Source of the DNA: Monocercomonoides exilis PA203
Taxonomy: Eukaryota > Protista > Preaxostyla
Direction: 5' to 3'
DNA length: 64,000 nucleotides
NCBI GenBank assembly: GCA_001643675.2
Contig: LSRY02000036.1
Span: 248,001-312,000 of the forward strand
Shown here in pieces: positions 1 through 13,300 of this stretch. Both the position numbers and the translations under genes were made by a program. A model generated the notes under the pieces. That model was not told the origin of the DNA and did not search any database. It was given only the letters and a program-made list of their open reading frames with translations. The number at the start of each line of letters is the position of its first letter. Within the stretch, counting starts at the first letter, position 1.

Positions 1-486
1 AAATGAAGAATGCATATTCAATCGAAACTTTTTCAAGCATATAAATTTTAAAATATTAATACACAATAAATTCAACAAAGAATATTAAAAAAAATTTATT
101 GTAATCTTCAAAATTTAAAATGGAAACAAATTCATACTATTGGACATGCATTTGCCAACTTGTGTTTTTCATAAGCCCATTTTGATATCATATCATTTTG
201 TGAAAGCGGATATATCGCGTATTTTCTTATTCAGAAATAATCACGATAGATAAAAGAATATTTGTCTTGACTTTCAAATTACAACATAATAAATTAAACA
301 TTTTCTTCAATTATTGAACTAAAAACTCGCTTTTATTTCCACAAAGTCGCGAAATTGAATTTTAAATGACAGTTAGTGAAAATGAAAATATTATGGGAAG
401 TTGATCGAAAAATTTTTTGGTGTTATTCAACATTGTTTTTTTGCTTCATTCCGAGTGGTTTCAATTACCAATAATTATTACGAATA

Positions 487-1669
487 TTAGTATGTAAATT
501 TCAGAATTTTTAAAGCCTTAAACAAAATGGTACGATTCAGACCTATGCCGAGATTTTGAAATGCTTGAGGTGGAATTAATGTGGGAGAAGTGGCACATTC
601 AATTAATTGATCACTAACCCACGCATCATCGTTGAAAAAGGAAGTGAAAGGTTCTTCAAAGGAAGAAGAATGTGTATTTTCATTTTGTTTCTTTTTGAAT
701 GATGAGGAAGATGAGGAAGAAGAGGAAGAAGAGGAAGTGGATGACGATTGTTTTGTTTTGAAGAATTTGTGAATTGGAATGGGTGATGGAGATGAATGAC
801 GTTTTTGATGTGATTTATTTGTTTTTCTTTTTGTTGATCTCCTTTCTCTCCTAATTGGAGTACTGATTGGGGCATCAACAGCTTGAGAAGAAGAAGAATT
901 TGAAGAAGGAGAATTTTTTTCTGAAATGGTTTTTGAATTTTTATTGAGTTGGGATGATGTTGAAGAAGAAGAAGATTGTTTTTTATTTGAAGAAGAATTT
1001 TCTATAATTATTTCTTCATCCCAGGCATCTTCATCAATAAATCTGGCGTAATCTGGCTCAGCTCGCTGCTTTTTCTTTGTTGATTGAAGAGAAGTTGAGG
1101 CTTCAGTCGAATGGGCTAACATCCAGTTATTGCCCTTTTCCCAGTCCTGTTCATTTAAGCCTAAAATTAACAGAGAAAATTATTCATAAAAAATATTTAA
1201 TATAAACAAACCACTTTTGCAAGATGGAAGTTGAGGTTTCTGAGGCGGAATGATAAAACCTTGATTCTTCTTCAGCATTTGCTTCGCGTAAATAAATTTT
1301 CCCTCTGTGACATCATATCCATAGTCTTGTAAATCGGATAATGATGTGTTGCGGGAAAGCGCTTGCAGCATTATTGTCTGAGTGTGCAACGGAGCGTTGT
1401 TGTTCACCACAGACAGGTCTTCCAGCAGCTTTATGTGATATTCTGTTTCAAAAAAATAAATAATAAACAAATCAAAAAGAAAAAAATAACAGAGAGATAA
1501 AATAATATTTTTTACACAGTACAATATAATATAAAACAAAACCATTAAAAGACTTCAGTAAATCGTTAATAACAGAAGATGATTGCCTATTGTTGTAAAA
1601 GAGATATACGAGCAATGAATCAATATCGTCTCCACCAATTCGAGCATTTCGTTCCAAATAACTTTGCAT
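487..1669 (-). CDS. Hypothetical protein, 3 exons (1669-1543, 1442-1212, 1160-487), Ser/Lys-rich C-terminal half
   Basis: Three ORF-track fragments join in frame through GT-AG introns 1542-1443 (GTTTTG..ACAG) and 1211-1161 (GTTTGT..TTAG), giving ...KSFN-EYHIKLL...PSCKS-GLNEQDWEKGNNWMLAHS. An upstream out-of-frame ATG at 1707 leaves the 5' end uncertain. Confidence 0.6.
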
Positions 1670-2685
1670 CGAGAATTAAGAGTTGACTGAGGTTTTGAAA
1701 AAGACATTTTTATTTTGAAAGTGTTTTAATTATGGTTTGATGATATTAGAAATTTATATACTGTTGTTTGAATTTATAATACATTTTTTTTTTATTTTTT
1801 TTGTGTTTTTTTGGCTTTGTGTTTATTCAAAGAAAAATTGACTAATAAAATATTCAAAGAGCTTCCAAAAATGAATTATTATTATTCAAAATTATCCTTC
1901 TAAAATTTGCTGACAAGTCAAAACTGACATGAATGTTATTTCGTTTTCCACATCATCAGGAAAAAAAATTTCCATCAAACAATAAATTATTAATTCTTTT
2001 GAAAAAAGGATAAAAAATATCATCTCTGAAACAAAAAATCAGCATTACTGTCTCAATCATAATTTTAATAAATATAATAGTTATTTTTGTGTTTATTTAA
2101 AAAAATGACTTAAGTCAAAATAGGATTTTTTAAATAATTATTTTTTTTTTTTTTTTTTTTTTTTTTTTGTAAATGATAAGTTTTTGCAAAAAAATTTTTT
2201 TTCAACAGTGACAAATAATGAACAATGAAAATTTATAGTATCGATTGAAATTTAAAATTAAGATTGTTTTTTTAAAAAAATGTTTCTGATAATATTCATT
2301 CTGAAAATTGTTCGATTTGATCTTATTGATCAATGAAAGATTTTAATTACGCGGGAATTTGCAGAAATCGTTTTTGCGTATATTTATCTCTTCTATATAT
2401 CATTTATTCCATTAAGAACAAAAAAATAATCAATTCTGCAAATTCTCGATCAACGAAAAAATGAAAATTCGAAATGGGTTTTTGGTAAATTTTAAAAACT
2501 TGATATTTCGGGAAAGGAACTTTGTTTTTGAAAGCAAAATTCAAATGTGATTCATGTCTTCTTTTATGCTTCTTCTTCCTCGTTGTTTTCAAGCATACTG
2601 TTCTTCATTTCCACCACAAAATTGGAAAAAAAGCATTCATCATTTTAAACCTCTTAATTATCATAATTGTTATTACACCTACAAT

Positions 2686-4352
2686 TATGACATCCTTCGT
2701 TTCCTTATCTTTCTTTCTTCTTCGCAAATTCCTTCTGCTCCGCAACATTCATCTCTTTCGACAAGCAAACACAAATTATCTTCTTTTCCATCATCTTCGC
2801 CTGCGCTTTTATCTTCCCCGAATCCATTCATTCGTTGAATAATCGAGACGATGCTCCTTACTCCCTCCTCTTCCTTCTCCTTCTCCTTCTCCACCACCTA
2901 TCTTTCAACCAATCCCTGCTCCTCGTCATTCCCATCCAATGCTACCACCTCTCATCTCCTTCAGCTTCTGGCAGCGCTGACGCTTTCTTCTCAGTCTGAC
3001 CAGCTCTTCTTCAGCATAGCCATGTTTGTGAAAGAAGTGTTGAGTGAAATGCGGATGAGGAGAGCTGCAAAGGGGATGCTGAGGAGAAGATGGAAAGAGG
3101 GAGGAAGAGAGGGAAGAGAGGGAAGAGGAAGTTGAATGAAGAAAGAAGAGGAAATAATATGAAAGGAGGGCTGTATGGTGTTTGAATAGAAGAAGAAAAT
3201 GAAGCTGAAGAGGATAAAATGAGATTGGATGAAGGAAAAAGAGAAGAAGAAGGAAAAGAATGAAAGAAGAGAAGAGAAGAGAGAAAGAAGAAGAAGAAGA
3301 AGAATCCAAAAGAAGTGAAGAAGAAAGGATTTAAAAAAGAGATCAGAACATGGAGAATGAAGGAACGAAGAGCTATGAGCTGCCCACAGAAAAGGCAGTC
3401 ATCGAGTATTGTATGCAAGTACTCACCAACATCGCGAGAATTCGAATAATAACAAATTCTGCATTGATCCTGTGCTCCTTGGGCTGGTTGTGGAATTGAT
3501 GAGGTTTGCCTTATCTATTTTTCTTTCTATTTATTTGATCAATTTAATTATATTCTTTTTGAACTTTCATTTACATATTCTTCAAATATTAATTATAATA
3601 TGAATGACATTTCAAATGAAATGATCATCCACTTCATCCAAAGTGATTCTGTGTCTGTTCTGCGAGTGATGACGTTCCGCTTCTTTGTGAACTTCTCGTG
3701 CGGCAGCGACGAAGACATCCAGGGTCTTCTGCTGCAGCGCTCTTTCTTCGACGTCTTCGCCTCCCACTTGTCCTCCTCCTCGTCCTGTCTGCGCCACGAG
3801 GCAGCGCTCTTCGCAAGCAATATCAGCGCCGGCATATCCTCCCAGGCATGCACCCTCCTCCGGCCGATGTGTGTCTTCGCTCTCTGCCACATCGCCCAGG
3901 CAGACACACACAGCGCCCAGTGCCACGCGCTGAGGGCACTGAGGAACGTGGGGCTGCTGGGGAAGGAGGCGGCGGGGGTGATTGTGGAGGCAGGGTGTGT
4001 CGAGGCAGTGGCGCAGATTTTGAAGAGAGGGAGGCATCGGAGTGTGGTGTGCGAGGCGATGGATCTGCTGTGGGTGCTGCTGGGGCAGTGGGAAAAGAAG
4101 GATAATGAAGAAGAGGAAGAAAAAGGAAAAGAAGAAGAAGGACGAGAAGAAGAAGAAGTCAGAGGAAGAGAAGGAAGAGGGATTGCTGATCGGGGGAGAG
4201 TATGTGAAGAAAAGAGGAAGAGGAGGAGGAGGAGGAGGAAGAAGAAGAAGAAGAAGAAGAAGCATAAGAAGATAATGTTAATGAAGAAGGATCCACAATA
4301 TTTGTCTTTGGAGGGCATAAAGGTGATAAAAATTGGCTTCGCCACTGTTTGA
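2686..4352 (+). pseudogene. Decayed ARM-repeat (importin-alpha-like) gene
   Basis: ORF 3600-4352 has ARM-like helices (FFVNFSCGSDEDIQGLL, RHEAALFASNISAG, ALRALRNVG, VIVEAGCVEAVAQIL). Upstream pieces (2686-2842, 2851-3135, 3409-3502) are broken by stops and frame changes. Confidence 0.5.
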
Positions 4353-4412
4353 GAGAAAGTAATAGAATGTTGGGTATTTCTTTTTTTTTTTTGTTTGCTT
4401 GTTGGTTTGTTG

Positions 4413-6518
4413 AGAGAAAAAAGAAAAAGAAAAAGAAATGAAAGAGAAAGAGGAAGAGCTGGGCGAGTTGAAAGAAGCGATGGATGATGAAAGAGACAGG
4501 AAAAAACGGTTTGCATTTCTTTTGATGAACACGTAGATTGCAATGAGAAGCTACAAAGTGAAAGCGATGGTAATGAGGAGTGGAAGCGGTATCACAGAGA
4601 ATTCAATGAGAAGGAGAAATTGCTGAGCAAAGCAGAAGAACTGATCTGGAGGCGCCGAATGTCCAGCAGCTGGAGTGTTATGCGGGACGCGTTTCTGGAA
4701 CAGCAGCAGCAGGAGAACAAGGCAGCCGAAATGTGGAAGTTGAAAAGAGTTAAGTCTCTGTTCTGCCAGTGGAGGAGGAGCATTCAGGAGCGAAAGGATA
4801 GAAAAACGCACAACATGCAAATTGTGGCGCTTTCGCAGCGGCTGGCGGACATCCGGCTGGTGCATTGGGTGTTCTTTGCGTGGCATTCCGCACACAAAGA
4901 GAGGAGCGAGGTATGCTTGCGGTGGAAGGCAGCAGAGCAGAAGAAAGAGAGGCTGGCACCACGCAACTTCTTTTTCCGGTCACGTGTTTCGTATCTGGAG
5001 AAAGAAAAGATTCGCGCTGAAGGGATCAAAGAAGAGCTGTCGCGGCTGACGTCTGCGATGGAGGAGGCGAACATTGCAGCGTTACCCAGAAGCCAAAGCA
5101 CGAATGCACAGGAGCCGTTCGCTGGGGTGCCATTTGCAGAGGAGAAGGGGAAGCAGCTGGATGCTGAGCCACTTGCGGAGGAGGATACGATTCACTCCGG
5201 ACATTCACTGCGAATAACACAGTGAGAACGAACATGCCTCAGAGCGCTTCTCACCCCACAACACTGCAAACTCCCTCCGCTTCGCCCAGTTTTGCTGCAG
5301 CTCGGACGCTGTCGCTGTCCAGCCTGCCTGTGCTGTTCCAGCAGCAGATCGGCAACAGCGCTCTTGTCGACCAGATCCACCGCCTGGCCACAGAAAATGC
5401 GTCTCTTATTCTGCAGCTGAAGGAATGCGATGAGCACATAGCAGATCTTGAGAGGGCGCTGGCAGAGGCGCTGGTGAAGCGAAGGCAGATAGCAAGCGCT
5501 TCGAGCAGATCAAAACAGAACTGGAAGAGCAAGTGGCGTCGCTTATGTCGATCCAGTTGGAGGAGCAAGTGGAATGGCTGATGGCGAAGCAGAAGGTGGA
5601 GAAAGAAGTGGAGGAGCTTAGAGAAAAAGCAGAGCAGGCAGAAGAATTTAAGCTGAAAGCGTAAGAAAGAGATGCGCAGTTGAGTGAAGCGAGAGACAAA
5701 GATGCCGTTGAGACAGCACAGCGGATGAAGGAGACGACAGAACTGGCAGCGCAGCAGAGGGCGATGCTGCAGGAGAAAGAGGCGCAGAATGCTGAGCTGA
5801 AAAGGGAGAAAGAAGAGCTGGAAAAATTGCTGGAAGACAAAGACACGACAGTGCGGACAACGATCGAAGGGACGAAGGAGTATGAAGAGCAGATGCCTGC
5901 ATTCCGAAGTCAGATTGAGAAGCTGAACGAGGCGAATGCGGAGCTGAAGCGCCGGATTTCGGATGCAGTAGAATGCTGCTGCAGCTGAACTACGAAGTGG
6001 AGCTGCTGCGGAAAAGAGAGAGTCTGAAAGTAGAGAAGATCATTTCTTCTGTTGCGTCGCATGCGCGTGTGGCTTCAGTGAAGCAGGACAGAAAGATGGA
6101 AGAACAAGAAAACAGAGAGGAAGAGAACTTACAGAAGAAGTTGAGGGAGCAAACATGAAAACGAATGATCAGAATATCAGTGGAGACGAAATGGAAGCAG
6201 AAGCAAGCAACCCACAGCAGCAGTCGTCATCAACCAATTTGGCATCTTCTCTGCTTAATCCACTTTCAACTGTTAATTTAGCAACAACTTCTTCCTCATC
6301 AACACTGTCATCTTCATTATCATCTTCATCATTGTAATCATCATCTTCTTCTTCTTCAACTTCTTCTTAAACTTCTTCTTCAACTTCTTCTTAAACTTCT
6401 TCTTCAACTTCTTCTTCTTCTTTATTTCCTTCTTCTTCTTCTTCTTCTGCTTCTTCTTCTGCTTCTGCTTCATCTGCTTCATCTGCTTCATCTGCTTCAT
6501 CTGCTTCAACAACATCTT

Positions 6519-6549
<31 letters not shown>

Positions 6550-6550
6550 T
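4413..6550 (+). pseudogene. Decayed coiled-coil protein with Sfi1-like (F-x-x-W) repeats; may continue the preceding pseudogene
   Basis: Consecutive ORF fragments 4620-5225, 5222-5581, 5680-5988, 5973-6158 and 6155-6337 lie in shifting frames, with an in-frame TAA near 5662. Motifs KSLFCQWRR and HWVFFAWH, plus E/K/Q heptad-rich segments. Confidence 0.5.
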
Positions 6551-6599
6551 TCTTCTTTTCATTCCTAATACACCTTGCATGCTTTCTATTCCATTCATA

Positions 6600-9500
6600 T
6601 TCCTTTTCAGTCAAAGCAACCTTATCCTCTCATCATCAAGAAAACTGTCAATCCAACCGAATTCAATCAAAAAGGAGAAGCAAACACATATGTGGGGAAT
6701 AACCCTTTCAGTTTCGCGCAAATTATTTGGATAAACAAATTTTATTGAATTAATGATAATACGAAAGAGGGCAAAGTTAAAACAATATCGGAAACAACCC
6801 TAACGCGCAAATCAACCAGCCCTTAGCCTGAATTCGAAACAGAAAAGCAATTTGCTTCATTTTCCAGTGCATCTGTTTACTCTCCTCTTCTTTCAGTATT
6901 GTCTCTTCCACCACCTTCTTCTATTTTGTTGGTCCTATTCAAGTTCGCTTCATTCGTTAATAACATCAACATCCTCTTCATTCTCCAAAAAATATTCCAC
7001 TTCTCCTTGTTCTCAAAATTTCAATATCATCAACTTCCTTATCTTCTTCGTCATGTTCCTCTTGCTCTTCTTGATCTTTATCAAACTCAAACACAATTCG
7101 GTTATTGTCTCAGCCCACCTTCACCACAAGACACGATGCTCTTGTGGAAGCGTTGTTTGTTGCGCGGCAGTTATCTTTCCAATCTTCACATCTTTTCTTG
7201 TACCGAAGAAGCTAAAATATCAGCACACGCCACATAAAGACAGAATCAAAGAGGAGATGAAAAATTCACATTAGAGGCAGAGGGCAACAGAAGAAAATGA
7301 GAAAATAGAATTTTGTTTGGAGGAGAAGAAAGAAAAAGCGCTATGATCTTATGAAGATAGATGCTGAGTACTTATACGAAATGAAAGACATTGAAAATTA
7401 CAGCATGGCGACGATAAAGTGACTGCTGATTCGGAAGATGAAGTGTGTACGGAAAGATGCAAAATTTGAGGTGAAGTGCAATAAAGTTGGAGAAGAAAAG
7501 AAAAGATAAGATAAACAAGTTTTTAAAGAAGAAATGAACAGACTGGAATGTTAAGCAGACGTCAATCACTTCCATTTGGGGGAAAGCGATTGAAAAGGCC
7601 ATGAAGAACTTCAATGATCAACCAGAAACATAAAAAAAAAGAGAGAAAGAGGGAAAAGATTTGTGCAAAAAAATGAAAATGGCAAAGAAGATGCATGAAG
7701 GTGGGCCTTTGGAAATATCTTCTTTAATAACATCATACCCGATCATTTCTTTTGAAGAAATGGAAAGAAGGAGAAGGTTACACAAGTGAAAGCAGCCAAC
7801 AAACATTTGAAAAGCCACCAAAAGAAGACAAAAAGATAGGAAAACAGAATTCAGAGGAGGGCAATTCTTCCGTTATTGGAGAGCAAAATGATCTGGATAT
7901 GATCATTCACCAGTATATATTACGCATGCAGCAAGACAACAACGAAGCCAATAGACAGAATCAGAAAGAGGTCAAAATGATGAGATGGAAGTTAAACGCA
8001 AAGAGAAGAGCGAAAGAAATGAGGAAAATGGAGCAGGAAATCTGGGTCTGAACCAGCAAGACAATCCGTCTCAAACAGATGCATTACAATGGAAAAACGT
8101 AACCTTGAAAGAAAGTTGTTCCTTCGGTAAGTGAGATGAGCATAACAAAGATGAAAAGTTACACCATTCTTTTCAATTCTGTTCAAAATGAAAGAAAAGC
8201 GCAAGGAGTTGGATCAAAAATGGAGCTGGAAGACGATAGGAGAGGAAAAAGATAAGGAGAACAAGAATTTGGCAAACAACCGGCTGCACATTAAGCTGAT
8301 TAGGAAGGCGTATCTGATGCGATATAAGGGAATGATGAAACAGAAGCATCCAGCACCAGCTTTTCTGTCTCAGTCAGCACTTTCCAATACTTTATCATCG
8401 TCTTTTGATAGAATTTCTGGTACAGAAAGCACAAAGGGAAAGAAAAGATCATCCAGCACACGCTGAAGTTGCGGTGCTTTTGGGAAGGTGATGTGCAAGG
8501 TTTTGGCCAGGATGGAATGAAAGATGAGGAGATGATGAAGTGTTGACCAATAATGACTGATCTGCAAATCGAAGGTGCGAAAAATGGATATGAGATTATC
8601 CCGCTCAGAGAGTTCAAGCAGTGAAACATTCATAGACGCGTGAAAAGAAAGAAAAGTACTTCGAGATCTTTTACAGACGTTCGTTTCGAAATACAAAGAT
8701 GAGAAAAGAGAGACGCGATTAAATGAAAAGGAAAAAGAAGTGAAAAGAAATTGAGAAGATAAACAAAAGCTAAATGAAACGTTGAATTCATTTTGCAACG
8801 AGATGAAGAAGCTGTGGGTTTGAAAGCCAAGAAAATTACAGGAACTGAGCTGATTCTTTCGCAAAAGAAGCAACGGAACCTGATGATGCTTTTAAAAGAA
8901 AAGAAGAAGAAGAAAGTGAGAGTTCAAGAGAAAAGAAAGAAAGATTTTCATGACTTCTGAATCGAAAGTGGAAGTATTGATCGATGGCTTCAATAACTGT
9001 CTCAGAAGAGTTGTGCGCCTCTTTAACTTCTTTTGAATAAGAACCTTCCTAGTCCTGTGAAATCAAATAGAACTCACTCTTTTCCCACAGAATTCGTAAG
9101 ATTGCTGTTTTTCACAAACAGGTTCTGACCAACTTTTGCTTTATACTCAGAAAGTGGAACAGATGAAAGCATTAATCCTCCTTCATTCAAGCTGCAATCC
9201 AAAAATATGCCTCTCTTTCTTCCTCCCTCACTCACATCCTCATTAACATAGCACCAACTAAACTGGGTGATTCTAACAGAAAATGTGTTGTGAGAAGCAG
9301 ACGAGTGAATGAGATACTCCCAATATAGATGACCGTTTGTTGATTTAGGCGTTCTGAGTCAGTATTTGTAATGTTACAGTTGGCTTTGGTGAGGTGGAAG
9401 ATGTTAGGGAGGTGAAGCATACAATGAGAAAATAATTGAATGTGAGGGAGCAAATGAAGACGAATGGCAAATGGAAATGACCAGAAAAAATTATTCAAAA

Positions 9501-9900
9501 ATTTGGAGTTATCTTGGAAGATAATTGAATGCGCAGTTTGAGCAAGAAGTTGGGTTTAAGAAGAGATAAAAGAGTAATAAATTCGAAGAAAAGTTTTTGG
9601 ATAAACTGAGGGCATATTTGAATAAAGAAATAACAAACAGGGACAAATGAAGAAATATTGAAGAAATGAAAATTTTTGAATTAATAACACTTGGAAGGAA
9701 CATGAGGAGAGGAAAAAATGGATAAAAAAAATTCTTGGAAAAGAAAAGGAAGCTGGAAAAGCATTTTATGTGAAGAATAACGGGAGAAATCAAAATCGAT
9801 TCTGTTTTATTTATAAATTGAAAATTCTCCAACATTTTATAATTAGTTTGATTATACTGTCGAGCCGCACAGTAGGAACTGAGATTTTGAGAAGCTGTTT
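6600..9900 (+). pseudogene. Heavily degraded coding-like sequence (Ser-rich, then E/K/R-rich)
   Basis: Purine-rich plus strand with short ORF fragments (6852-7274, 7752-8051, 8188-8466) separated by many stops. No recognisable domain. Confidence 0.3.
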
Positions 9901-10399
9901 CAGTTAAAGAAAAAATAATGAAAAGAAAACCAATTGTTTTCACTCTTTAAAAGTTATGATTCACTATTTGTATGGTGATATTATTCGATATTTTTTTAAT
10001 TGTGTTTTTCATAAATTAGTATTGTTTTTCCAATTTAGAAATTTCTATTTTCATTTTAAAGACAGATTTTTCAATTTTTTGTACTTTTTTTAATGAACTT
10101 GACAAAAAACACTTTATTACAAAAAACATAAAAAAAAAAAATGTTTTTTGCAAAAGAAAATAAAACAAATATATATTGCAGAAATTAAAATTAAGAACTT
10201 GCTTAATATCAATTTGACTCTTTGATCAATAAATACCACTATTGATTTTATTTTTTCGATTTTTGATCTTTTTTGATGATAATAAATAAAAATCACCTAT
10301 ATGTGTGTTTTTTTATCGTTATTGTTCGTTGAAAAGATATTTTTATTAATCATCTTTTCAGAGTCCAAGAATCTGATAAAATAAAAAAATGGCCAATTC

Positions 10400-13300
10400 C
10401 TTTGCTTTTCTGAGCTGAACATAAGAAGAGAGCCGGATGTCGAGATATAATCAGCAGATGGGAATTACATATTTTCTGTATTCAATTGGAACATAGGAAG
10501 AAAACATATTCGATTTCAAAGCATTTTGATGAGAATGAAAAGAAGAATGCCAACAATTGGACATCACAAGGAAAGAAAACAAGAAGAATATTTTTTTTCG
10601 GGAAAAAAAGTTGATGATAACATCAAAAGCAGAATATTTGTGTGGGAATAAAGGATGATGGAGAAAAGAATATTGTGAAACAATGGAAAAGGAGATTGAC
10701 AGCATCAGTGGTTGAGCTATCTTCTGCATTTGCAATAGGGAGGGTGTATGCATTCTTTTGAGGAATTTTTATAATCAATGGAAAACTAATTATTTTTATG
10801 TATTTTTTAAATCATTTTTCCATTCCAGCAAACAGCATTTTTTATGTTGAGCGTCATTCACAGGAACAATCCATTTCAAGCAGCATTTTTGAAGAAAACA
10901 CATTTTTTTCTCCTTCTCCTTCTCCTTCGATCTCTTCATTAACAATATTTTTAATGCTTGGCTGACGAAAAGAACATATTCATCTTATTTGAGAATTTTG
11001 TTGTTTGAATATCCATCAAATTCTCATGTTGCAACACACAATGAAACTGCTGTCTGTTTCTGCTATTGGGTGCGATGAAATTCGAATCTATTCATCATTT
11101 CTTCATTTTCTTCAAATGGGTCTTGTTCGCCTTTGTAGCCCAGCTCGTCCAAAGAGCATCATGAACTGATGCATTCACACATCTCAATCTGCTTCTCCGC
11201 AGAATTGAGCAAATAATTTCTTTGCTTGCTTTTCTTCGTCTGGGCTTATCAAGCACAGAATTATCCTTCTTTTCATTCGCGATTCTTGTGATGAAAAAAA
11301 ATGCAATTTGAAAGAATTGATTTCATTTCATTAAAATCGTCTTCTTCTTCAACACCTTCTTCGATTAGAAACAACAAATGTTTTCACATTCGTTTTATTC
11401 GGCTCCTGTCATATTCAGTGCCAATCATCATCTTTTATTTTCTTTTCGGAAGCACAAAACGTATATTCATCCTATTGCAATAAGCAGCCAAGTTTTAATA
11501 GCAATAGATGTGATTTCGAGTCGAAAAAATCCGATCAGAAAACGCGCAACTAAAAATGGAGATTACCTCTGGCTTTTTCATTTGGTAGATGAAAGAGGCT
11601 CAGATGAAAAAAGCATATTATCGAAGCAATTCTTGAACGGAATAAATGATTGAAATGATGTTCTTCTTCAAATCACACAACGCCAAATGCTTTCATCAGC
11701 AATTAAAGATGAGACGATGAATGAAATCGATTTAGAGAAAAATTCATTTTTGAAAGGAAAATTCTATGAAGCAGCCGAATTTACTGCAGATATGTGATGA
11801 TTAATCCATCAAAAATGTTATTGATGCGATTTCTTATTTTTTGTGTTTGTGCCTTCTCTTCAAATATCTTCGACTTTGCCTTCATTTGCACATAAATTCG
11901 CTATTTGTCTGCTCATTCAATAATATTTACCAAAGTTCTTCACCTTCTTCAGAAAACCCATCGCGTTTTGTGTCCTCTTGCAGGACGTCTTTGATAGCCA
12001 GCAATTCATTGCTTTGATGCCAAGATGACCATCCACATATTCATTGTTAGTTGTATTCTCGTTGAGAAATATGAATAAATCGACATCCCAGTTGCTTCTA
12101 TCATGTCCAATAGCCGAGTTGTCTTTCTGAGCGATGCTTCTCATAAAGGCAAACAAGTGCTCTTTCACAGAATCGAAAAGTTATCAACACACAAAATATA
12201 CAATTCCTCCTCCTCTTCCTTTATTGCTCGCACAGAATCAGCTGAGCTTAGTGTTTTGGGAAAATATGTTTCAAGATGATGTTTGTTGGAGTTGTTAGAG
12301 TTACAGAGGGTGAATGTGAGATTAATTACTTTGAAAGTGCTGGAGATGGAAGCAAACAACATCAGATATATTTTCAAAAGGAAGATTTTGATGTTACAGA
12401 GATGAAACAAAAGGAAAAGAGGCAGCGGATGGAGAAGGAAGTCAAAGAATTATTCATTGGAAGAATTAAGAGAGAAAAGACGAGATCGAATCATTTATGA
12501 TCATCAGCTTTTATCGCCTCGACACCATATTCTCTGTTTTCTGTAGCTCCTGAGAATCGCATATAGAACAAGGATTTTGTGAAACTGTGTCAGCTGAAGA
12601 AATTATTGAAGACTTGGTTTCATTCTATAAAAGCCATAAATTTTATTTATTTGTTGAAATGACAACCAATTTCTTTTTATGATTTTTGTTTATTTGTATT
12701 GAATAGCATGTCAAGAAACTGCAATTTTCCTTTAATTGTTTGATTTTTTTTTTTTTTTTTTTTTTTTTTGAATGCTTTTTAGAAAATTGATTGATAAATT
12801 CGATTCTCCATTTAAAAAATAAATAAAATAATAGTAAAATAAATTTGAAAAAACAAAAAGAAAGAAAAGAAAAGAAAAGAAAAGAAAAGAAAAGAAAAGA
12901 AAAGAAAAGAAAAGAAAAGAAAAGAAAAGAAAAGAAAAGAAAAGAAAAGAAAAGAAAAAGAAAAGAAAAGAAAAGAAAAAGAAAAAGAAAAAGAAAAAGA
13001 AAAAGAAAAAGAAAAAGAAAAAGAAAAGAAAAAGAAAAGAAAAAGAAAAGAAAAGAAAAGAAAAGAAAAGAAAAGAAAAGAAAAGAAAAGAAAAGAAAAG
13101 AAAAAGAAAAGAAAAGAAAAGAAAAAGAAAAGAAAAGAAAAGAAAAGAAAAAGAAAAAGAAAAGAAAAGAAAAAGAAAAAGAAAAGAAAAGAAAAAGAAA
13201 AGAAAAAGAAAAGAAAAAGAAAAAGAAAAGAAAAATAAAAAGAAAAGAAAAGAAAAAGAAAAGAAAAGAAAAGAAAAAGAAAAAAAAAGAAAAGAAAAAG

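Noticed and set aside
6796-6804. ACCCTAAC telomere or telomerase-template-like motif
   Set aside because: Single short occurrence with no array or structure; expected by chance.
6852-8051. RIP-like C-to-T hypermutation preserving one frame
   Set aside because: About 12 stops in roughly 160 codons is near random expectation for this composition, and it cannot be tested without the parent gene.
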